A program made the position numbers and the translations under genes. From NCBI GenBank assembly GCA_950097015.1, contig CATNEN010000010.1:186001-250000 (forward strand): a DNA stretch of 64,000 nt, read 5' to 3'. This DNA is from Macrostomum hystrix (taxonomy: Eukaryota; Animalia; Platyhelminthes). Each line of letters begins with the position of its first letter. Position 1 is the stretch's first letter. The notes below the pieces were generated by a model. It searched no databases and was not told the origin of the DNA. It saw nothing but the letters and a program-made list of their open reading frames with translations. This document shows positions 36,846 through 47,655 of this stretch, in pieces.

Positions 36846-38580
36846 TCTGGTTTAGCAATGATTCAAACGCTGGGTTAGCCATGATTCAAACTCTGGTTTT
36901 GCCATGATTCAAACTCTGGTTTAGCCATGATTCAAACTCTGGTTTAGCCATGATTCAGAATCTAGTTTAGCCATGATTCAGACGCTGGTTTAGCTATGAT
37001 TCAAACTCTGGTTTAGCCATGATTCAGACGCAGGTTTAGCTATGATTTAAACTCTGGTTTAGCCATGATTCAGACTCTGGTGTAGCCATGATTCAGACTC
37101 TGGTTTAGCCATGATTCAGACTCTGGTTTAGCCATGATTCAGACTCTGGTTTAGCTATGAGCCATGATTCAGACTCTGGTGTAGCCATGATTCAGACTCT
37201 GGTGTAGCCATGATTCAGACTCTGGTTTAGCCATGATTCAAACTCTGTTTTAGCTATGATTCAAACTCTGGTTTTGCCATGATTCAGACGCTTGTTTAGC
37301 TATGATTCAAACTCTGGTTTAGCTATGAGCCATGATTCAGACTCTGGTTTAGCCATGATTCAAACTCTGGTTTAGCTATGATTTAAACTCTGGTGTAGCC
37401 ATGATTCAGACTCTGGTTTAGCTATGATTCAAACTCTGGTTTAGCCATGATTCAGACTCTGGTTTAGCCATGATTCTGACTCTGGTTTAGCCATGATTCA
37501 GACTCTGGTTTAGCTATGATTCAGACTCTGGTGTAGCCATGATTCAGACTCTGGTTTAGCCATGATTCAGACTCTGGTGTAGCCATGATTCAGACTCTGG
37601 TTTAGCCATGATTCAGACTCTGGTTTAGCTATGATTCAAACTCTGGTTTAGCCATGATTCAGACTCTGGTTTAGCCATGATTCAGACTCTGGTTTAGCCA
37701 TGATTCAAACTCTGGTTTAGCCATGATTCAGACTCTGGTGTAGCCATGATTCAGACTCTGGTTTAGCTATGATTCAAACTCTGGTTTAGCCATGATTCAG
37801 ACTCTGGTTTAGCTATGAGCCATGATTCAGACTCTGGTGTAGCCATGATTCAGACTCTGGTTTAGCCATGATTCAAACTCTGGTTTAGCTATGATTTAAA
37901 CTCTGGTGTAGCCATGATTCAGACTCTGGTTTAGCTATGATTCAAACTCTGGTTTAGCCATGATTCAGACTCTGGTTTAGCCATGATTCTGACTCTGGTT
38001 TAGCCATGATTCAGACTCTGGTTTAGCTATGATTCAGACTCTGGTGTAGCCATGATTCAGACTCTGGTTTAGCCATGATTCAGACTCTGGTGTAGCCATG
38101 ATTCAGACTCTGGTTTAGCCATGATTCAGACTCTGGTTTAGCTATGATTCAAACTCTGGTTTAGCCATGATTCAGACTCTGGTTTAGCCATGATTCAGAC
38201 TCTGGTTTAGCCATGATTCAAACTCTGGTTTAGCCATGATTCAGACTCTGGTGTAGCCATGATTCAGACTCTGGTTTAGCTATGATTCAAACTCTGGTTT
38301 AGCCATGATTCAGACTCTGGTTTAGCCATGATTCAGACTCTGGTTTAGCCATGATTCAGACTCTGGTTTAGCCATGATTCAGACTCTGGTGTAGCCATGA
38401 TTCAGACTCTGGTTTAGCCATGATCCAGACTCTGGTTTAGCCTTGATTCAGACTCTGGTTTAGCCATGATTCAGACTCTGGTTTAGCCATGATTCAGACT
38501 CTGGTTTAGCCATGATTCAGACTCTGGTTTAGCCATGATTCAGACTCTGGTTTAGCCATGATTCAAACTCTGTTTTAGCC
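36846..38580. repeat. 23-bp satellite (TTAGCCATGATTCAGACTCTGGT), about 75 copies
   Basis: Direct 23-bp period. Confidence 0.97.
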
Positions 38581-39851
38581 GGTGTGCTATGATTTATGAT
38601 ATTTTATTTACGAAATGAAAAAAATGATATAAAATAGTCTTCAATCACTACTGGCTGAAAATTAGTCTAAATGATTTGATGCAGTGCAGAATCGAACCCT
38701 AGCCTAGCCTAACCTATTCCTGGTGCCTACACATCGGCTATTCCGACTGTTGGTTAGTGGGTGCAAAAATCAGCCTTATAAAATGAATTCTCAAAGTTCT
38801 GGCTTTGTACAATGAAGTAAGAAAATAGAGTACACTCAGTCTTGCGGTTGGTTGTGTACATTTATTTCCAATTTGTCTCCAGAGTGCAGGCTTCAAATTC
38901 AATCAGCTAGGGGTTGTTGCGCAATTTGACGATGCAATTCTAATTCAGTGGCAGTGAGTAAAATTCTCAATAGGCCAAGATGGTTTGACCTTTGAAAAAA
39001 TCATGTTTTTCGAATATTTAATCCCTTTAGCAATAAAGTTAAGCTTAATAAAAATACGTGTATAATTGTCCCCATATTTAGCATCTTTTGGCGAAGGAAT
39101 TGCGAAAATCGGTTGAGCCGTTCGGGAGCTAGTCGATTGCAAACAAGCAAGATTTTCATTTTTAGTATATTAGAAGAAGAAGAAGAAGAAGAAATCTACT
39201 GACCATAACATATTTGTGAAAAGAAATGCTAAAGATAATTGTTGATTTCATTTCTACTATTGTAGCTGATAAAATTTTATAGCAGCTTTATTTATTTATT
39301 TATTTCATTTGATATAAATGAAGTAGAAGCCTAAAATAAATTAAATAGAGTTTCACTCTATCCTCATTCTCATATTCACATCACTCAGTCCCAGTACAAG
39401 TTATTGCTGAGCACTAGTTATCAAACTCATTAGTTTTAAAATGAAATCTGATAACCTATTTATTATACCCTTGGATTGTTAGGCCCAAAAGTGTATTTTG
39501 TACCCCATATACTTAGACTTCAACTTGAAATAAAGTACACTATTATTCACCCTTTTCAAAGATTTAACTCTAAAAAATCTCAAGTGTAAGACATGCTTTA
39601 GATTTATAAAATGACTAGCTTTTTTTGCCCGTTGTTTTTGGGGCAGAAATTTAAAGCAAAGCAGTAAGCAATTCATGTATCTGTATTAACTTTATAGTGA
39701 AGGTCACCATTTATTTATTTACTGCATTAATAAAAAGTGAAGAGTTTGTTTAAGGGCGTTTTAAGTAAAAAATAAGTGAAAAGTTTGTCCAAACAGCCCC
39801 CTCTTGATTACTTCTTTAGAAACATGTCTCTTAGCCACTCCTCTATACAGT

Positions 39852-40113
39852 CAGTGGCAGATCCAGGAATTTTGTTTTGGGGCGGTCTGTCAGGGGAGCG
39901 CCATGAGAATCACAGAGGGGGTGCCAGCGGCCGAAAAGGGGCGCCAGGAGCCAAGAAAGGGCGCCAGCGGCTGAAAAATGGGAGCCAGCGGCTGAAAAAG
40001 GGGCGCCAGTGGCCGAAAAGGGGCGCCAGTGGCGCCCCTGGTGGGGGCATCTTATTCCCATGATTAAAATTTAGGGGGGCGACTGCCCCCCGCCCCCCCT
40101 AAATCTGCCTCTG
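39852..40113. mobile_element. hAT-type MITE, 262 bp
   Basis: Imperfect TIRs CAGTGGCAGATCCAGG / CCTAAATCTGCCTCTG; exact 8-bp TSD TATACAGT at 39844-39851 and 40114-40121; internal GGGCGCCAG repeats. Confidence 0.88.
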
Positions 40114-40265
40114 TATACAGTATGCATGTACACGCGTATGCATAAGGAAAATAGCCATGGCATAACAATAACAATGTCAAAGAAACCAAATTAAACTGTT
40201 TCAGAGTTCAGAGTTAGACAGGTAAAGGTCAATTTGTGACTACTTTTTTATTAATTGCTTGCGAG

Positions 40266-40880
40266 TCACCTCAAGGCCTGGGGATACACCACATTCTTCG
40301 TTCTTCCCCTTGGTGCGAAAATGAATAGGCCAGCTGGAGTTCCAACACGGGAGCAGGCGACATAAAGCTGCCCATGCGAGAAGCAAGGAGTCTCCAGGTT
40401 GATGCCAGCCACCTTCAGCGACTGTCCCTGAGCCTTGTTAATAGTCATCGCAAAGCACACTCTCACAGGGAACTGCAGTCGCTTGAACTGAAATGGCAGG
40501 CCCATGGGGATAATTGGAATCCGGGGAACGAACACAGACTCTCCTCTGCCAGATCCAGTCATTATCGTGGCCTCAATCAGGTGTGGGAAGAGCCGCCTGA
40601 CTATCAGTCTGGTGCCGTTACACAGCCTTGGCGCATTCAGGTTGCGGAGGAGCATAATTGGTGCCCCAACTTTCAGCTACAAGTTGTGCGATGGAGTTCC
40701 AGGAGGATCTAGAGAGTTCAGAAACTCAACAGGATACTCCACAGCGGTGTCATCAGTCAACATTGTATCAACTGACTTGTAGGTGAAAACTGCACCTGGC
40801 AACTCCTGAAGCAGTTGGTAGTTAATTTCGTTGGCGGCAGACACATAATTGCCCTCTCTGACAGCCAGTCAACGCCAGCC
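40266..40880 (-). pseudogene. Decayed Helitron RepHel PIF1-like helicase C-terminal fragment
   Basis: DWLSERAI...[40 protein letters not shown]...LQFPVRVCFAMTINKAQGQSL...FSHGQLYVACSRV...TKNVVY; in-frame TAG at 40679-40677 and a frameshift near 40835. Confidence 0.9.
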
Positions 40881-41229
40881 TCTCTCTTTCTTCTATCCCA
40901 GGCTGGCTGGAGAGAAATATCGACTGGAGAGCCCTGCGCACTGGGACGCCACCGCACTCACCGCACTCAGTCTCAGTGCTGCTTGGGGGCCAGTAGACAG
41001 TCTAGGGGTTTGGGCTGTGTACATTCACGGCTTGAAATACAATGTACAGTCTGGGGCTTCGGCGCCCGGGGAAGGGAAGGGGTGGCTGTAATAAAATTTG
41101 GCCCGCAGAGTGGCGGAGGGGAGTTGGGGTGGCTGTCCTCGGAAAACAAAAAGTGACTCACTTTGAGATGATGCAGCTTTGCTCTGGATTGAGTAGAGAT
41201 GTTCAAAATTGACAGCATTGTTGGAAAAC

Positions 41230-41465
41230 ATGTAAAGTGTAAGTGGATCAAATTTGGAGAAAATCTGACAAAGTGGGGCGACAATATGTCGAATTGAGTG
41301 ATTTTTTGACGATTTTTGAGCAGTTTTTTGCACTTTTGAGCAGGAAGGAAATGATTTTTCGGGAATTTGAGTAGCCTATTGCACTCAGCGTAGGTGGTTT
41401 TAGGTATGCGCAAAGTTTGGTGCGATTTGGTTGAGCGGTTTCGGCGTCTATAAAGAAAAAAGGTT

Positions 41466-41506
<41 letters not shown>

Positions 41507-41528
41507 TTTCACTTTTATATATATAGAT
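41230..41528 (+). mobile_element. HINE/DINE-1-like element 3' end with (CA)n
   Basis: AAAGTTTGGTGCGATTTGGTTGAGCGGTTTCGGCG...(CA)n...TTTTCACTTTTATATATATAGAT; resembles 39100-39171. The left boundary is uncertain. Confidence 0.55.
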
Positions 41529-44500
41529 TTATTTTTTTAATGCTGCATACATGGTTGCTAGGTTGTAATACATATTCAGATCATTAACCTAGAGTTTTGC
41601 CATAGATTAACACATAAAAACACAATATGACAATATACTTATAATAAATTTCACCGACCTTATTTTACCAACTTTATTTTTAGTTTTAATTTTTTGTTAA
41701 AGTTATAACTTTATTTACTTAATTTTAGCTCAATGGGTCCCTTACAAAAGCATTTATACGATCGTAAACTCGAATGCTAAAAATATGTCATTTATAGCTA
41801 ATCATTATTACATTATTAGTCATTGACATAAGATAAAATTTGAGGAGTGACTAAGTTGCGCAACTTAGAAAGTGAGGAGTAATTTCGTGAATAGTAGCGG
41901 TACTCACTTGAAAAGAATAAATTTTCTTGTGCTTTTAATACTGATATTTGATATATTGATGGATAAAAATTTCTTTTATCTAAGTCAATACCTTATTTTT
42001 ATTTAGGAAACGTAATTTTATATATACCTAAGTCGTGTGAGCGAAGACAAAAATAAATTAATGAACACATTTTGAAATTGCAGAGACTTAATTTTCGGGA
42101 AAGTTAAACAATTTTTTTGAGTAGCTAGAATGATACTCAACTTTGAATCGTTCATTGGTTTAATACGGAGAAGATAAGATAAGGTAAGTGTCTCATAAAA
42201 TTTACTTTAGCCAGTTTTAGAAAGAACATTCACTTTCTTAAACGAGATGTCACAAAACGATGAGTGTGAGTGTGAATCATTAGAGGGAATTGGAGATAGA
42301 CACAGGGAATAGTAAAATTCTTAGGATTCTTATTTCGAGCACACAAAATGTGTCTTTGAAAATTTTTAAATTAATTTTATGTTATTTAGATGCACAGCTG
42401 CTGTACATTCCATGCAAATACTACTGATCAGGGACTTGTGCAAATACTACTAAAGTTTAGTAAGTGATACTTTATAAATAGGTTACTTATAGTGGTCACT
42501 TGGTCCTTGATTCCATGCCTGACACGATGAACATTGTATTGCCACGGACAAGGTAGTTGTTCTTCTACAAATTTTGCTAAGTTCTATTTGTCCAGCTTGT
42601 CAATGGTTTGTACTATAAAGTTTTCGTAAGATAATAGTTTCAATTAACTTAGCTCCTATTTCATCTCTTTTATTTGCTATCGCTACGCAAGCTTATAGGA
42701 TGGACAAAATGATCAACTTTATAACTCTAGTCGCGTAGACTTCGAGAAAAAGTCCCAATGCAGCAATGTACATTCTCCCGATCTGTAAGGTCGATCAAAT
42801 GGCCAAAATCGGGAATCGGGAATAGCCAGGAGTGCAAGGAAATACGCATATAATTGTTCTCGACAGGGAGGATTGAACTACTGAACTACTGTAGTAGAAA
42901 AAGTTTATTTCAACTTGTTTCTGTTCCAGAATACAGCATTCAGTTCCGATGGAAACTCAACAGAGAATTGAAGCCGATGGCTTTGCTTGTTGAGTATTCC
43001 ACTTTCAAGTAGCTGTTGAACAGAGTCCGACAGACGCGAGGCTAATGTTACAGCAACAATTTCGCATGTCGGATGATTTGAAGAATTTAGAGCTATAGCT
43101 AATCTCTTGATGCAACAGCTGCAGCAATTGCTGTAACAGCATCCATTCAGCCGAAAGCAGTTGGGTCCTGCTCCAGGGCAATTAAATGTGGGGCATGCTC
43201 GCGGTATGGTGCTGAGCTTGAAGTGAGAAACACGAGCGCTCACGATGTTGGTCCGGTTAGATATAGCCACAACTTGCTGTGCATGTATTTATAAGTGAAC
43301 GTTAGATATTAAGCACGTAATAAGTGTCGCTATATATGCAGGGATAAACAATAAACAGATCAGAGATTATACTGCGGATTATAAAATAGACGGGCTATTG
43401 CTGGCACGGCAATGATAATAGCTTTTTATATGATCAGCAACTGCATCTGCGGGCAAATACATACGCATTAAGCAAAATCAGCAAATCTTTTATAGACTAA
43501 ATGACGAACCGCGTCAGCAGTGCTTTGTTAGTGCAATGAGGCTCGACTGCTCTCTAATCCCACTATGTGCACATCATGAATATCGCCAAATTAGGAACAA
43601 TGTGTGCATTCTTCAAGCTTATAAAATAGATAGGCGCACAGAAAGATAGGCAGAAGAGGATGGGGCATGGGATTCACTGGAAAGAATGCCTGTTCCCCGG
43701 TAGGCAGTCAGTAGCAGCAATGCGATACACGGCGCTGCTACATGTGCCCACGCTGCACACGAATCGGGCATCAAAGAAGCACAATATGTAGAGACAAATA
43801 AGGACAGGGATGGGAAAACAAGCTGATAGAAGGGCTAGACACGAGACAGAAGTTCAGGAACAAGCAAGAATCTAAGGGATCGTTGGCGTGTGGAAGCACC
43901 GCGGGAGTTTTTCATTCGACTGCTTTGGCTATCCGTGCATTTGTGCGCATATGTAACGATTTGCCTTAAGTCCCGCACAGCAAAGGCAGCACGTCAGGAC
44001 AGCAAAGGTTCGGCAGGGCAGATTCCACCCCGCCATAACGCAAACTTTTGGAGAAAGCCAACCTTTAGCGCCAGCTGATAGCTTTTAGGGAGAGCGGCAT
44101 GGGGTCGAAGCAATGAAGCAGACTTTCAGCCTCAGTCTTAGCCTCTGAAACATGTGGGCCCCTCCACTCAGGCGCAGCGCTTCGAACAGCGCTACGCGCA
44201 GCGTCGGCAGGAGCAACAGGCGACAAGGAGGAGACACAGAAGGAGACGGAGATGGCTTGAGAGGTCAGAGAATATGAGGATACCTGGAGGCTCGGTGCAG
44301 TGCCTAGAAAAGGCTATGCCAGAGGCTACAGCCGGCTAAGATGGACCCAAGCAGGAGGGATGGTGGCAGCGGTGGGATGGGTTTTAATTTGAAGGTGCAA
44401 CACGCACTGGGCTGCCAGGCGTGGCCCCAAAGGGAATGAAGCTGCGTGGTAAGCTGGAAAGAGTATAAAAAAGTCAGCATGGCGAGGAAGCTTCAGCCTA

Positions 44501-44918
44501 AAAATTTCGGATTAGGGGAGGGTTCGACCAAGTAAAAAGAGACGAGGACTGCAAGAAGATTATGCGCTTGCGTGTAGTCTGGCATGGAAGAGGCGGGGCA
44601 GCGAGCAATGGCTTAACCCTAGTTAAGGGAAGTGCGTGCGTGTGTGGGTGCGAGTTCGCGCAGGCTTTCTCTTCTGTAGTCGACGCTCCCAACTGCCTTC
44701 CTCCCTTCCTGCTTGCGCCAACCGCACCTTCCAGTTTCCCTTGCCCCATCAAAATAAGCGCCACCCCACGCCACCCTCTTGGGGAAGTAAAAAAGCAGAC
44801 GGTGAAAGAATGAGGTTGCCTTCATCCCTCGCATTTCTTTTAGATTGCTAGCCAACTAGGTGGCACTCAGGCTTTTTGTCTGTCCGCAAGAGCTTTTTCA
44901 GCAAGTAAATTTGCGGCA

Positions 44919-45149
44919 ATGGACGCGTCGGGAGGATCGACAACGGCTTCAGGCAGCGGGAGCAGCTGTGATGACGTTTTTCCACCGATGGTTCCCGCGC
45001 CAGTGTTCCGCAGCCCTAATCCGATTCGTCGGCGTCAGATGGAAGTTGTCGCATCGGCCACGAACTCGGCGGCAGCTGCCCCAGTCGCAGCGGCGAAGCG
45101 GTCAGTAGTGCTGGACCCACTGTTCTTTAACCCGAGACCGGTTGCGCCT

Positions 45150-45181
<32 letters not shown>

Positions 45182-45482
45182 CGCAGGCGTCAACGAAGTA
45201 GAAGTGCCCATTCGACGGCGGCCCCAGCGTGGCAAGGTGGCTAGGCGGGCTCGGCAGGAAAGACACAAGACGCAGCCGGTTACCTTCCAAGAGATTCAGG
45301 AAGTGGACGAGGAGGCATCCCCGCGCTGTCCAGGAGCTTCTTTCGGACAGCAGCAGCAGCACGAAGGGAATCTGACGACAGACGATCGTTTAGGTCACAA
45401 GTTCGACTTTCTGAAGCCGCCAGCGTCCCCAGCTCCTGCAGCTGGCCAGTCAGTGTCAATGGAGACTCTCGCCAACGGCTAA
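44919..45482 (+). CDS. C11orf96/DUF4695-like protein, 187 aa, single exon
   Basis: ATG 44919 to stop; RHKTQPVTFQEIQEVDEE matches my recollection of the RFKTQPVTFDEIQEVEEE motif of vertebrate C11orf96. Confidence 0.72.
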
Positions 45483-47655
45483 GACTTGATTCCCCTCTCT
45501 CATTTCCCCCTGGGATCTCAGATCCTGATCGGCCCAGCCATCACTTTCTGTAAATAAATTCAGAAGTCCCCGATGCCCTTTAAGCGCAATTTTCTAGGCT
45601 GTTAATGCTCACAAAGACTTGACAGCGCGAAACCGTCAAGTCTTCGCGGTTTCAAACTTCTCGAACTACTCTTGAAGTTCTTGCGCAAAACGCGACTTGC
45701 CTAGCAAAAAAATACACACACAAGTGCGCACAAAAGCCCTCTGTTAATTATTTAGACTTACTGAGAGCTCTGTCAGACTGCTATACTCCGTGGGATATTC
45801 GCAGTTCGATTTTGATGAGAGACGACCGCTACGGAGGGAGAACGGTACTGCTTCTCTGTGTGGAATGAGTGCTTAAAGTGCAGAGAATTAGCAGGTGTCG
45901 GGACTGAAAGTGATGCCAAAGGATTCAGAGTAGCCAGAAATTGTTATCACAATGACAGTGTGAAAGACAAAAGAACTGAAAATGGGATTTGGAGCTGGTG
46001 AGAAGTAGATGACAGGAAGGAGGAAGAGGAGTCAGTTTAATTAGTAAATACTCTTGTCCCAGTAGCAGCGCAAACTATCAGAAGAGCAGTGACATCGAGT
46101 AGGTCGAGCTAGCATGCAGGCCAGGCAGCGGCGGCAGCAGCAGCAGCAGCAGCGAGCTTGCGACTGTAGGGCAGTGATTGGTTTCCAAGGAGTGGCACCG
46201 AAATCTGTAAGAGGAGGAGAGAATGCGCACGGCTTCACTACTTTCCAATGATTTTCACGATCCTAGCTATTTTTACTACTTATATAAATTTCATGAGTAG
46301 TGTAATTCGAGATAAATTAGTCGAGAATTTGTATTACGATTCTCTAGCTGCAGCCAATTTGCATCACAATTGCTCTGAAATTGAAGATAAACTGATTTCT
46401 GCAAGCCCTACAAACTTTTCTGACCCTCTTTGCAAAAATTAGAAATTAGCATTTTTCGCCTTCAAGTTCTCGAGCTCAAAAACTAGAAGCTTAAAGTTTG
46501 TCAGATTTGAACAAAAAAGTCCCCTGGCAATCAAAGCCTCAGATATAATGCGATTCGAAATATTATCAACAGGTAATTTTCATATCAATTATTGACCAAC
46601 CCCAACTGATCGAGAAAGAGTGTCCTGCACTCCTCCTCAAATGATCGATTGATAAGGACATGGAGATGTCCTACCCTTTTATCGAATTGCTCATTGATCA
46701 GTGCAGGACACTGTTCGCGATCAAAGAAATGAGAATTGCTTGTCATCATAAAAAGAGTCCGCAAAGGGCTCCTCAGCCCGATTCTCTGGAACATTGTCAA
46801 GGACGAGCCTCCCGAAGGTGGACACGTTAAAGAATGGTTTAAGCCGACGATTTCACTATCGACCACTGCGTCTGGACCTTTTCCGTCATAAAAGCTGGAC
46901 AGGTAGGTCTGAGATTCTACAACTTCGAGTCTGGAGTCCTTGTTTTGCCCTGGAACAGAAGTTGAGCTGGGTCCAGCCAGCGACGCAGAGCCGTCGGTTG
47001 CTACCCGGGCCTACACTCTACTGCTATTGTTGGAGGTCGGATTTATTTTGTCATGGAGATGAAAGGTATTCTAGAGGCTCTAGGTAAGCCTGGCCATCAT
47101 GAATGCTTTGCTCTCCAACCAATTTGCTCTGCCCTTCCAAGAGATTCAGGAAGTGGACGAGGAGGCATCCCCGCGCTGTCCAGGAGCTTTTTTAAAAAAC
47201 AACGCAACCAGGACCCTAAAAGTTGCGTTCAGAAAGTTGCGCCTCCTTCCGCGTGGAGACCAGAGCCTGCGCGGCCTGGACCTCTGGTCATCTCACCAAT
47301 GATTGCAATGATTCGCTGATGCTTTGCTGCGTCCCATAGCACTAGCTGTACAATCTGAGCGGCCAAATGAGGCCCAGCCATCAAACTTTGCCCTGAGCAT
47401 CTTTACGAACCCAGTTAATAGCAGGTCCATGGAGAGCCAGGTGTGATTCACAAGATGTTAGTAAATCATTCGCAAATGATTTACTATTACTATTTACTAT
47501 TTAAATGATCAAACACTGGCTACCAAGCCATTGAAATACCACTTCCGGCGACTCGCAAGAGTACGAAAGGCGTCACTCACCCGCACTCAGCCTGCAACTT
47601 GAGCAACTTTTCGGGCGCGGCTGCGACCAGGCAAGCCAGACAGGGGCCTCGGCCA

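Larger units (their letters stand above)
35807..39171 (+). mobile_element. Putative non-autonomous Helitron/Helentron-like unit 2 carrying 18-bp and 23-bp satellites
   Basis: ACTAG leader copy; 3' region AAAATCGGTTGAGCCGTTCGGGAGCTAGT...GCAAGATTTTCATTTTTAGTATATT resembles, from memory, DINE-1/Lep1/HINE-type 3' ends. Confidence 0.55.

Noticed and set aside
32031-36907. Many MIPQLT/IVNWG repeat ORFs up to 703 aa
   Set aside because: They come from an 18-bp satellite that is stop-free in some frames; frames shift at 17-bp units and there is no gene context.
42905-43270. Cys-rich 121-aa ORF as an upstream NAV exon or small secreted protein
   Set aside because: No CH-domain features, no signal peptide and no convincing splice sites.
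46585-46866. 93-aa ORF as a retroelement fragment
   Set aside because: No RT, endonuclease or transposase motif could be identified.
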